Source of the DNA: a virus | Length of the DNA stretch: 64,000 nt | IMG/VR virus record: IMGVR_UViG_3300008954_000007 | Direction: 5' to 3' (one strand) | Shown: positions 50,101-57,400 of the stretch, piece by piece | How positions within the stretch are numbered: position 1 is the stretch's first letter | Layout of the letters: each line of letters begins with the position of its first letter | Notes under the pieces: model-generated | What the model was told of the DNA's origin: nothing | Seen by the model: the letters and a program-made list of their open reading frames with translations, nothing else | Databases searched by the model: none | Program-made: the position numbers and the translations under genes

Positions 50101-50982
50101 TCATCTTTTAGTATTAACACTAATCAACATGTTCAAGCACAGGGTGGCTTTTATAGTTCAGGATTCTTCAAGCTTGATGCTTATAGTTTAGGGAATAATA
50201 CTTTAGATGACATCAGTCATTACACTGAGGTATACACGCCATTAACACACAGCAATGGTGCTCAGTTCCTACATAATGTGGGTATAAAGACTACACCAAG
50301 CACTCAATATGATCTAAACATTGCAGGTGATTTGAACTGGAATGGTAAGTTATATCAAGGTGGAGAAGAGTATAAAGCTCTTCAAGCTGGTGATCAATTA
50401 GAACTGCAAGCAGAAGGTGTAGGTACTGGTGTTAACTACACAGTTCTTAATCTACAGAAGAACAAATTCCAGTTTGTGGATGACACAACTTCAGGTTTGT
50501 CTTATGCTAATGGGTCAGTAGATGCTGCAACTGTAGCTGCAATTACCATCACAGATCAAGCAATAGGTCTTGAAACAGATGGTCAAGTAATTGCATCAGA
50601 TGTTATTGCTGGTAACCAGCAGTCAACTTCAGACGAAAGACTGAAGCAAGACATCACTCAGATCACTAACGCAGTTGATAAAACCCTACAATTAACAGGA
50701 ATCACATTCCAGTGGAATGTTGAAAAGATCAACGAAGAAGGATTGAGAGTACCTGGTGTTGTTGAAGATCGAACAGAAGTGGGTCTGGTTGCACAACAAG
50801 TTGAACAAGTACTACCAGAAGTAGTAACTGAAGTTCAATTTGGATATAGCAATGTTAATGAAGACACAGTCTATAAAACTATCAATTACGATAAGGTTGT
50901 GGCTCTATTGGTTGAAGCTATTAAAGAACAGCAAGAACAGATTAATGACTTAAAGCAAGCTGTTGAAGATTTAAAAAAATAG
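35122..50982 (+). CDS. Giant trimeric tail fibre/spike (5286 aa) with a C-terminal peptidase S74 intramolecular chaperone and multiple inserted globular domains
   Basis: TSDERLKQDI...GITFQWN...VGLVAQQVEQVLPEVV...INYDKVVALLVEAIKEQ at 50626-50982; G/T/S-rich beta-repeat shafts; W...GxVGIG repeats; GAGGT RBS. Confidence 0.88.
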   Translation: MAKDIVIQPLLGKIDFQDDVGGSYATNSNFLIADDGTTTLSLNKNNGGAIPTIDSVANVALDIDGSLAITDKFIQNGVHRPYDSAFFGVLREEGSNGDKRAYYEGGMLGVGDFSSSAPIAALDVIGSIHASGDITSVNVNFTGELQDNGTKVELEKLDFFDKPSDTVTTTHNLQAADITATGAVIVQGNLTVEGTTTTIESSTLAIDDKNIVLGRSDDSTNDASAQGGGLTLSNDANGDKTIAWSATGSNHISAWEFSETVVVAGDVDFTGALKKNGVAIDFASESGVIWSEIPGEAIDLTSATQTAYGSSGQLELNSTQIKSGTSATDNISDLANITISGDFEITLTPNVAETMGSSAAVNFLFVSESLGVPTSGGGGVYPNFGTLVHIGHYPSENRSRIYNLATENWPVNSLSYRIIYTSSSRVLVVLDDGGNLIIQTTMPGTGGILFGVQGYNVDQHTNGLVATYSGFIGAASIDTATYTGDVSTTGNIKLGGDLLNSATGGNYVDERINVKNDGSDAYLAGKLSIGSSANATNNDNYDLSVLGSLNYGTLHADGNQIDYGTDFGQWSLSGSSLTTASGNNLGLGGAANASYKLKVTGDSHVTGSLYYGASATLIEDFIVTSKTSAINYLIKDGSDNLSYSDGDLTIDSTISADTVTASNIDFTSSLQKNGSALTLKSGDFGVWESAGASVSLPVPATQGIDISSFITSAGNTKVFGVTNSGFYFLANDNLYLYNFSTGSVSTIQQNLENTIDGDGATTTYGVNTHESIIKTVSSGDEYFAWSNRQTSKFYVYNITNGFTQLNDSTVNFSSLGLTNDVHIKQLIPDPSGTEWNDFALHSYSEDAIKHANKKWTINYSTDLIDDLIGLDSTGRLFYSTSSGSLAYVDVSSLSNDQVVNLDDLSPVTVTTLFSSYTDSNGRFQITSQIIESSGSPQTILTDTSDNFCHLYDLLTGDVVTDLIDGIFDVGNGLEPIGGSNYSFVAYNPSNDETAWMGNSKHVYTTGAIIGGQVIHSQASVAIGKTAPDYALDVVGDINIEGGKLYQDGAEVVTGTLATINFLQMIGDEAASTEFLYTDAPFQIGQRDASSSHATSATFTSGVLLEVDGHIEAANNILAAGAIFTNSITTGGLDTGSGNIVTTGQVAIGDGATTGTYGLEIQDGLNVKGGFYNNGGSALKVEALDFWVNSGDNSEKLSTRSATDNITKVGIGVADPTSALEVSGDINIVSGSLLIDGTALVVDPYFNVNEDGHLTLLAKDNGEDPNTGRSLSVGSTDTNSVPSATLDVTGDILASGDITFNGNLKNGNNTLTIAALDYWTEGSGNLTRGSGDVIISSGDLSVSGNVDIGAGGQFLRDGTPIDFNAEGGSLWTLGTNNDLTSGASKVGIGTGSTTPLSEQLEVDGNIKFTGDLKQVVDGVTTTVDLLNVWSSSGETFTYNLLTGDNSTVFEAYSSATDPSYSANVITHSGTLQIQSILPVTEMSLDYRVTQSIQGTHLGYKWRVNVIENGVVDAQNSFYLNISSHTVSPEIFTRLDFVSTVNGVGGYSEHPGSSPYLNDSAVFNYDGAGNFTFGKSSSQVTKSIPEWAGKTLQIIFDGSSNLSSGGVNCGAKQLTFDSGTLVVTTGALTATFEGSVSAEGGLTIGGDISGAGITGTGLTLGAGNITTTGTIGSGAITSSGLLSGVGAELGGGNITNAGTISSGQITSTGSLSGTSLSLADGGITNTGAIIGATTIVASSSIEGGSLDISGVAEVGSLTTTGSIAGGALSGTGLTLTNGNISDVTNITAGGFVKATGALEGATLALTNASIVSDGSITATSLDLNDGGIVDAGAISGSSLALGSGSIGSGAITSTGTVQGTSLVASAGGVQATGNIISSAGNVEGVDVTASGTLGGSILNVDTINLSGAFSQNNQVIDFTHVWNTEIVDAAGASGGVQSESFDLDEHFIDIEEPNHMGVIKYGESTTTYVQRVNAGTQNTHDNFTVKSGIFMSELDTTVTILQVGQMNTNPVITFTGSIYIYDSLTDEVIGRVESGRYSSSTSGGHYQWWANVWTYDGGVETEHVHADTGSSFAEGIGFVVVSETGAITLGNYTHISPDLIGKSFCIRLSIHDKAWRYTFGGSRTYKGATVTQIRADKSVVIDGSLTVGDTASQTYGFGTDGTLNISTLKVDNTSVDLSSITGDSTASQENINYWEIDGGAISYYDGDVSIGGTDPADSTLKSRSLTVTNDLGVTNKATVGSLNVPVGGTPTDITFGESDLSKANINYWTDDSSTLSTPRNIDVSGNATVDGNLVLEGAGNIDFNHADNSYEIRVTPHATAPVFEIWSDIDSGYLLRSGNGQDVVINRNLDATDIAASGALSGATLSVNGTAITFDVPNDEVNQANLNYLTLSGSDLTYTGGSLGIGTSSPDSALEVVGDIELSGSFKRSGAVLELENHWGTSPQGSGLPIDSNVFLPGGDLGQTEGNGNFLVNGLGNDASTLLWLRTGTNQYVLYTVNNQGQASTNGGVLTFQNTPNLIDATEYIRHDGGTNAYTRSDFYPGGLGNFVFMLDNTNRTIQTHFIGWLPRIDTQPHLESQLSIGPTNSGLRQWRAFLDGAHASNDSSRSLTTSQSNSDWNRIEAASAYHRVYLSNNNTAGEGSDSGVYSWKINPKQHGDLSSAASMYSQNAVLFPWQNVTESYADADSTFDYDTDGSVVQVVQLNNIVNTLYDGMDEGDKASVKILDMAFDDTNDIAVFLTNKGLFKADINPSTGLLSNEQSFLLFSAITGVNTNSGVVGDPFADTRISIDPSKREVYWADRNAKAIFRAGYSSEDNNSYDIVHQWTNSDSWNDTHLISGDLIVLDTDTDYKTSYITGMTSIVGGAPHVYYADTVSIGKTSKPDSTLDVDGSATIKNSITSTLGNITATAGGLVGQSLTVGGDSVTFENSTVNKVNYNYLVDASTKYTLNNPLEITGALTGVTDLTIGGAISGATNVTASGTLSVGGAALGSNALAVTGDVHISGDISATNATFTDINIAGISTTIETSDLDVTDNVIRVASGVTDTLVNNTGILFGGNASDAVGSGELESLLYLTSTSGFNLSTDLVVSGALSANSLDLNDGGITSAGAIADATSITATGAISGAKGTFTAVDATSGLIETLGNIEGADITASGALSAASLSVTGLDFSKMDLWTLDGGGNLTRATGNVEIGGGNLIVDGNITAATASTISAGSATLTINNITLGENITKDGTPIDLYNVWDTVSAPAEVPLDLTALSDNIYNSAITVTSTTIVSNASANDGNWYVSGVFNEDFTITFTATGDTVPATGWGPRIAFANGGLSSFVDHNGYLDLSTDFNAGFLFNHQTGSNPNDTTIPIYFFSSSAVAELEDSDTITLSFVASTNVVSLLDNENNVVFSGTLANGDGSFKFAVQMTEEDHFINYSGTTVNPNAGSIATFTNKVALGASSYSASYTGAIDDSSGSYSAILNVTADEDSGDYFRVSDDGDVYFSGDLIKDGTVLDLTAVSGDVALNQAQINYWTLGGSSSLTYNAGAINTNQALTAGSISTGGTLGVTGKATVGSLNVGGSDITFTETVIDKPTLNYWSDDETTLSTTRSASVTGSLSSASLTVTNAIGAASMTLSGAANVQSLTATGNITGQTIDSNGAITGTGLTVGSGGVTINSGGDLSVAGDITSVTGITATGNIGAVGITASADIGADNIVATGDVTGANLITGGNLTATGNISGANLTIANVNVIGELSKNGVVQNLSHTWGIDPAYPIADITTLSDTTYDSSYWSVTSTTTGTSLSYLQANNPNGNAGAAYLNNVYTYMPGGSDFDITISRPLNTNGDPVTLSMGFGVPLDITSNDFFHYSSGMVDGSKYGVGALTWAGSNGHFSWRSWGNTNTFSDISFYMDDASNSVLRIKYDLSDNKVQFIDATTGTVIQEYNSPPGMGNSTNGWALSLWVNASGDNPITLDLGGLMADAESDGLNTATYTGNAVLTNDLTANNISGVDITGTGALAIGSTGQLSVDATGAIVSVGAITSSGLISTTNGITATGDIAGANVNIATGGELTVGGSAISLEPNVWDKVSDIAVYSDNVALGATSYDSGYTQTEALSVTGNTKIDGNLEFTGSLVDGSGATVDTTSTFVEVIEEGSVFLPVGKKLGVGKAYTEGAEATAGFDTSNILEITGEAAISGDFKVGSLVDDSETIKLSADGAITATSFTSSGAITTTGDISGANITASGNVTGVVDLTASGDITASSGTLGINNITLGGDITKDGTAIDLFNTWDKIIVPAFEDYPNTGGDDGFFTDDNYPDSSFTVSIISTDPNQWSIYRGSGPANVGAWHTSSLDSGIEFEFRMNNECRYALVLDGDDVADASIFRHEDHIFGFRVEGDEWSDHEVNIHSYGTLVLNAHKPAIGNDEYERLKYKLTYDYVTGDASLHESIDNGAYSLLHTQAIGSGLNLKVAGTSTKSYAYTYIDKLQKIIVGGGTTIAHIDEGKIAIGASTYDAASYTQTETLAVTGAITSTGSITGGSLVSGGDVTIAAGSNLIVGSSAIDFSLLDNSIDQINHWVKTGTDYILGSVSSTVNAGINLDSLGDVHALEINGSLKASGDIVTDADLEVVHISATGDMGIGGDVVSSTGNIAATAGNVTAGGYITATGDVTGANLTTTGDLTVDNVVLGGNITKDGTAIDLYNVWDKLVVPETEDISASNVIVYKDGSEVSGLTHNFTPTVGNTIGIGTSVSNGKPVFDNQSFSLTIDANISADDWYNINITTESTVGNQSQGLWIGGWGDSAGNKITISWNHLDSSTGDITTAHNGSDGVITLSWNNDTGVMTFDFVHDSDSSKDVNFVFDDNPVQSGAVLGVSFAGGTHVGMSTTIDSITYGGSFTNPNSGEIATHADKIALGDKTPGAYDAGYTQDEALKVTGDANISGITTLGNNLRLEGNDLVIDGDIVNTSGVKLVDSDNAATGGVNPADINYLSSDGTNLSYAGGNLGIGYASPGVVPSSFSINTNQHVQAQGGFYSSGFFKLDAYSLGNNTLDDISHYTEVYTPLTHSNGAQFLHNVGIKTTPSTQYDLNIAGDLNWNGKLYQGGEEYKALQAGDQLELQAEGVGTGVNYTVLNLQKNKFQFVDDTTSGLSYANGSVDAATVAAITITDQAIGLETDGQVIASDVIAGNQQSTSDERLKQDITQITNAVDKTLQLTGITFQWNVEKINEEGLRVPGVVEDRTEVGLVAQQVEQVLPEVVTEVQFGYSNVNEDTVYKTINYDKVVALLVEAIKEQQEQINDLKQAVEDLKK
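44770..49175 (+). repeat. Dispersed 55-70-bp direct repeat (ITKDGTxIDLxNxWD) at 44770-44839, 47869-47940 and 49120-49175; partial copy at 47314-47327
   Basis: atcaccaaagatggtacagc.attgatctct.caac...tgggataa read directly from the sequence. Confidence 0.85.
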
Positions 50983-50983
50983 C

Positions 50984-51012
50984 TTGACAATAAACTAGTA
51001 AAGTTATAAAAT
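50984..51012 (+). promoter_or_regulatory. Sigma70-type promoter for the 97-aa gene
   Basis: TTGACA (50984-50989), 17-bp spacer, TAAAAT (51007-51012). Confidence 0.8.
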
Positions 51013-51054
51013 ACATCTATAACTTTTAGAAAAAAAGGAGTCTATAGGATAACT

Positions 51055-51348
51055 ATGGCAGACGAAAATGGTACGATGAAGTTGGAAGACCAAGAATTCA
51101 TGCGAATTCAAGTCCTCACTGAAGCAGTAAATAAGGCTAGAACAAAGTTGGAAGCTCAACGTTCTGTACTAATTGAACATGGTGATAACTTCAAAGAGTA
51201 TTTTGATCAGTTAATTACAAGTAAAGGTGGAGATCCTGAGAACAGGTATCAACTGAATCCACAGACTTTAGAGTTAACTTTGGTTCCAGATCCAGAAGCA
51301 GCAGAAGCTCCAAGTCCACTTGCTCAAGGTGATGCAGAGTCAGTATAA
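51055..51348 (+). CDS. Small acidic coiled-coil protein, possible fibre assembly chaperone
   Basis: 97 aa with a heptad N-terminal half; lies between fibre genes; AGGA/AGGAG upstream. Function inferred from position only. Confidence 0.6.
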   Translation: MADENGTMKLEDQEFMRIQVLTEAVNKARTKLEAQRSVLIEHGDNFKEYFDQLITSKGGDPENRYQLNPQTLELTLVPDPEAAEAPSPLAQGDAESV

Positions 51349-51379
51349 TTAAGCCAAGTCCTTTTGGCTAATACTTAAG

Positions 51380-51417
51380 AGACAGTCCAAAGTTGACTTT
51401 GGGCTGTCTTTTTTTTT
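51380..51417 (+). terminator. Intrinsic (rho-independent) terminator
   Basis: Stem AGACAGTCCAAAG / CTTTGGGCTGTCT followed by a run of 9 T (counting the final T of the stem). Confidence 0.88.
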
Positions 51418-51426
51418 GGGGTTAAA

Positions 51427-54400
51427 ATGAATAACAATAGAAATAAAAATACTTCTACTAGAAATCATCAAGAGAGTCATGTTCCATCATCTTCATCTAA
51501 CCACCAAAAGATTGCACAAAGTGACTATAATCATTTACCTATAGTTAGCCCTCAAAATAGATATGGATTGATGGATTGGGATTTGTTGAAATCAGATCCA
51601 TTGTTATATGGTAAGGGTGTTTTATATGGAAGGATGATTATAGCTGGTTCTTATTTGGGCAATAGAAAATATACAGCAACTATTGAACAGATTCATGATA
51701 GGGTAGTTCAGACAATTACTCCAATAAGTGCAGAAGAGTTTGTAGATGAGGATGGAAACCCTAAACTTACACCACTAACAGAAGAACAGTATGAATCTGC
51801 AGTAGAGGAGGGTTTAGCTCCTCAAGGTTGGGAAGCAAATCAACAATTTGTTGATTCTACTCAATGCATTATAAGGTTTGATGATTTTAAAATTTCTTAT
51901 AACGATAGAAGAAGTAAGAAAAATAAACCAGAAGTAGATTATTATTATATAGTTTGGGATGCTGATGAAAGCGTAGAATGGTCAATGGTTCACCAGATTG
52001 GTGCAGCATTGTTTTCCAATATATCTGCTGATTTTGAGGCTTGGTTAGCCTCTGATCCTATTATATTTAGAGATATAGATTCTGAAGAATTTACTGCAGA
52101 TACTACTAGTCTTTGGTCAACTTCTATGACCTATGAAGAATGGTTAGATAAATTTTTAGCTAGAAATGAGGCTAAACCTAGTGATCAATTTTTAGCTTGG
52201 GTTCAAAATGGATTTAATGTTACTGTTGCTAATAGTATTTTAAATGGAGAAGGTTTAGCCTCATTAGGAGATATTGATAATTTATTTGGAGAAGGGGTAT
52301 CAAAGAAATATAGGATAGAGAATTATCGTGACTATGGTGATAAAAACAGAAGAGATGCCATACAAAATAAAGAAGGTAACTCTAGTATAAATGATAGATA
52401 TGGACAATATTATGTATTAAAAAATATAGATGTTACAGACATTGTTGAAGGAAAGGAAACTACAATAGTTTCTGATGTTACCAAGATAGAAATAGAAGAA
52501 GATGGTCAAACAATAAAGCCATTTTTTAATCAACAATTTGATGAATCTTCAGGCAAGCATTATTTTAGTTATTTAAATGACAATAATTTCCAGTTAAAAT
52601 CTACAGACTTTGGCCCTCATACTTATAACGTGGAGTATTATGGGGATTATATAGCATACAATACTCAAGAAAATTTAGATGCTTATAATGCTTGGATAAT
52701 CGAAAACTCAGAAGAACATAATAGTGATCCCACTAAAGTGTTTGAAGCTTTGGGGTTTACTAATTCAGATGATTCTTTTAGAACAGAACCACCAATAGTA
52801 GCTAGTGGTTTTTTTGAAGATGATTATGCACATTTTGTGGACAATTATGAAATCCAACAAGCATATATGAATTCTTTTGGAAAAAGTTGGTTTGATCTTC
52901 TTAGTTCTGATAAAGATTTAGCTTCAAGTGTTGAAAGAGTAGAAAGATATAGTGATTACTTAGCAAAAAGAGGATTGGATGATACTGAATTAAATAAATT
53001 GGGATATCAGGCTGATTATTTTGAAGCTTATGAGAAATCCACAGGGCAAAGAGCTTTTAATTTAGATAAGAACTTACCTGATGATCAACAGCCTGATGAA
53101 GAAACAGATAGAGTTTATGCTAATTTAATTCATGGTACTTTCCCATTAGAGTTAAGTAACAATAAGACTTTTACAGGAACAGTTAGTATTATTGCTCCAG
53201 ATATATTTTATGATTATAGGAATAGATATTTGGAGTTTTTAGATGTAGATAATTTTGGTTTTCAATCTATAGTAGATAATAAAGAGTTACAGTATAAGTA
53301 TAAAGATGAGTTTTACTCTAATTTATCAAGCAGAAGATTAGAAATAATAGATAAGTCTGATGAATTTTCTCCTACAACATATGGTGATTGGGGAGAAAGA
53401 TCTCAACTATACCCTGGGTATTTAAAACTTCAGAGAAATAGAGGACATTATAGGGTATATAGTGATGTTTTCAAAAATTACGTAAATAGCTTTGTAGATA
53501 GTGGTAGATTTCCTTCTTTTGAGGATGTAATAGGTCAATTAGTAGATGAAACAAATCTCATAACGAATGCAGATTATGCAATTTGGGATTTTGAAAGGCA
53601 ATCTAAAAGAAATGAACTTTATAGTGAGGCTTCAGACCCTAGTAATACATATCATAGTGAGTATTCAGACTATCAAAACGATTTAGATGATTGGAATAAT
53701 AATGGTCAAGTTGGTGATGAACCAATAGATCCATTTATTGGTCTAGCTAATAGTTTCTTGGAATCTTCAGGTGTTGTAAGTATACATGGATCAAGATTAC
53801 AAGGTATTCCTTCAGAAGATATAAGATTTGGAGATGGAAATATATATAGTGAGCCAGATCAAGAAATACCAGAATATTCAACTAACCCAATTTGGACACA
53901 ATGGGATGGATACAGTGCTGAAAAAAAACAAGAAACTACTCTAGAGTGGGATCAATGGGTAGTAGATCATGAAGCATGGGTTGAATTAGGATCTACTCAA
54001 GAACCAGAACCTGAAGAACCATCAGGAAAATATAAATATCCAGAACCTTATAAAACTGTTGTAAATAAAATGAGAGTGGAAAACACTCTACAGTTTAGAG
54101 AGAAAATAGCTGATTCATTAGAGAAAGTTTTTGAGAGAGATATAGATTATACAGTAGATCCTTTGAGTAGTGAGACTGTTAGTGTAGATTTAGGGTTCTT
54201 AGTTGATAAGGGAATAGTTCCTAGTGAAGAAGAATATTTAGAAAAATATAAAACCAACTATAAGCTAACTGCTACTAAATCTTTTTATTATATTGGTGGA
54301 AATGGAGAAAAAATATATTATCAAGAGGAAGATAGAGATAATACAGATCTTATAAAGCCAAAAGAAGAACTTATTAAGCATAATAGTAAAAGAAGAAGTT

Positions 54401-57400
54401 ATTTCAAACAAAATGGATCTCCTGTAACTAAAAAAGATTTTACTAATATAGGATCATCACTTGAGGAAATAAGCTTTGATTTTCATATTACTAGCGATTT
54501 TAAGAGGTGGTATAAATTTAACCAATTTAAGGGTTTTACTGCCTATGAAATGCTTTATAATTGTTTAAATCCACTGTACTCTACTGCAGATGGGCAATCT
54601 TATAGAACAGAAAAACTTTTACATCTAGATTGGAATGGTGCGTATGGTACTTTAGAGAATAAAGTAACAAAAATATCTTGGGAAAAAGATTTAGCTAATA
54701 ATCAAACATCATTGAATTGGAACAATTTAAACTTAAGTGGATATAGTCTTTTTGATCCTACTGATGTTTATAGTGGTAAGTTAATAGAAATGTTGATTTA
54801 TCAAGCATTAGTTAATAAAAAACCATTTGTTTATGAATATTATATAGAAGTTGATAATTGGTATTTATTGCCAGATTTAACTGATGAATCAAAAAAAGCT
54901 TATGATGAGGAATATTCTTATAAAGGCACTCCCTATGAATTGATACCAGATCAAGAAGATGAATCTGATGTTTTCTTTTCAGAATTGTCAAGTGATAAGA
55001 TTTATTTTTCAGTTAAAATGAAAGATGAAGATGGTTATTATTCTTCTTTATCTAGTAATTTCACTTCATTAGATAGAGGTAGATTAACATTACATCAAGG
55101 ATTAATAGGTGCTAATAATGCTGGTATTTTAGAAGTAGATGACTTTAAACCATTATTTACTGCTGTTGTTTCTGGATCTTCTTTTAACATTAAAGAGTAT
55201 ACACCTTTAGCCAAGTATAGAAACATAAGTGGAGTATTAATAGATGAAGAGGTTTCTATTTTTCATCCAGAAGTAAAGGCTGATCAGCAATATCAAACTT
55301 ATCAAAAGGGAACACAAAGTTTTTTAGATTTAACTAGCAAGCATATTTCAATTAAATCAGATGATTGGCAAGTGGATGTTTCAGAAAAAGAAGTGGAGAA
55401 TGGAGAATCCACTTATTTACAGAACAAAGAAGAAAAAGGGTTTTTTGCTTCTCAAGATGGGATCAATATTCATAAAACTTTTTCAATAATAGAACCAGAA
55501 TATTATGTTTATAACGATCAAGGAATTTTAGAAGAGGAAGTTCCAGAAACTTCAACAGAAAAAGAATTCAGTATAAACTTATCCCATAGTACTTTAACAA
55601 TAGATAATCCCTATCAAAGTAAAAACTCACCCAATACTATTCTAGATAGTGACAAATTAGAGTTAAGATCAGATGCAGGTGGTATTACATTATCATTAAA
55701 TTCTAATGTTGACAATGGATCATCTTTATCAGATAGGCCATCTATTATAATTGAAGATGATAGTTATAATTATTTTATTTTAACTAATGATGGTGTAGTG
55801 AATGTAAGTGGTGATTATAAAGATTTTTCATCACATAAGTTTGGAAAAACATTAGAAATCTATGCACCAACAGTTTCTATGGATACTGGTTGGTTATCAA
55901 TAAATAGCGATGGGCGTTATGATTACACTAGTGTTATTACACACAGTTATTTAGGTCATGATCAAATTTTAATAAATGAGTTTAATTATTCTAATTTATT
56001 AACCCCTAGTTCTATTGTTTTAACGAATAAGCATTCTATTCTTGATGATAATGTAAGGTTAGATCCATCAACAGGTAATGAGTTATTTAATATAAGAGAA
56101 GAAGAAGATGATTCGACAAAAACTTATTCTTTAGCAATACCATTTGGTTCATTTGGTCAAATGTACTATATTGAAAATATTGATGTTGATACTAGATATG
56201 GTGATTTTCAAACTCATTTAGCACTTAAAAATTATAATCCTGCTTTATTTGGTAGTCCAGTTGTAGACATAGATGATCCTTATAGTTTTGCAACTCCCCC
56301 TAATCAAGAACAATCAGCTAATATATCAACATGGTTCAGTTTAAAAAATTGGATTATAAGCAGACCTTATCTTTCGCAATATTCATTAACAAAAGAAGAT
56401 TTACTTAAATTTAAAAGATTTACAAATGACGATAATTTTGACTTTCCAAATGGAGAAGAAGAAAATTACTTACACTTTATAACACCACATTATGTTGATT
56501 TTATAGAAACTCCTGATTTTCACTCTTATGCTAGTGAGTTAACATTAAAGCCAAATTATTTGTCTATTTCACATGTTAATGAAGGAGCTATGTTTAGACA
56601 TGGATTAATGGCTTTATCTGAAAACGACAGACTGGAACTCTACCCTAAAGCATTTGCACAGGTTACTAAAGATAACATTACAATAAAAAATAAGGATGAA
56701 GAAAAATTGATCTTAGAAGCTAATTTAGTCGCTGGTGAAAATTCAAGTGGCAAGTTTGTTTTAAATACAAATAATGGATTAGTTCTTTTTGATAACCTAA
56801 CAGATGATAATGACGAAGTTTCTGACTTTGAAGATTTAATTTCAAAAAGTAAATCAACATTAACAACTAGTGGTGTTTCTTTTATAGATAATTTATCTTC
56901 AGACCCCAAATTTGAAGAACTTGCTGAACCTGGTGATGAATGGGGTTATGAAGTCTCTTTAGGTAGATTAAGTGGTTTACGATTAACCTCTAATATTTTA
57001 TTAGAAAGCGAAAGTGAAGATCCTAATAGTGAAGATTCTAAAATTGTTGGATCTTACACTACCTCTATAAAACCAAAAGAAGCAACCTTTGGGGGTAATG
57101 TAGAAGTAAAGAATGATTTATTAATTCAAGGTGATTTTTTAGTTACAGGAGAATCCTCAATAATTGAGACAAGTATACTGTCCATCGAAGATCCATTAAT
57201 TCATTTAGCAAGAGGAAATGAAGGGCTAAATATAATGGACTTAGGGATTTATGGGGATTATTTTGATGCTTCAGATCAAATAGTAAATCCAGAATATGAG
57301 AATTATCAAAATAATCTTGGAAACACTAATTGGTTGTTAAATTGGCAAACTGAAAATGAATACATTACTCAAACACAGAATGAAGTTGCTACAGATGAGG

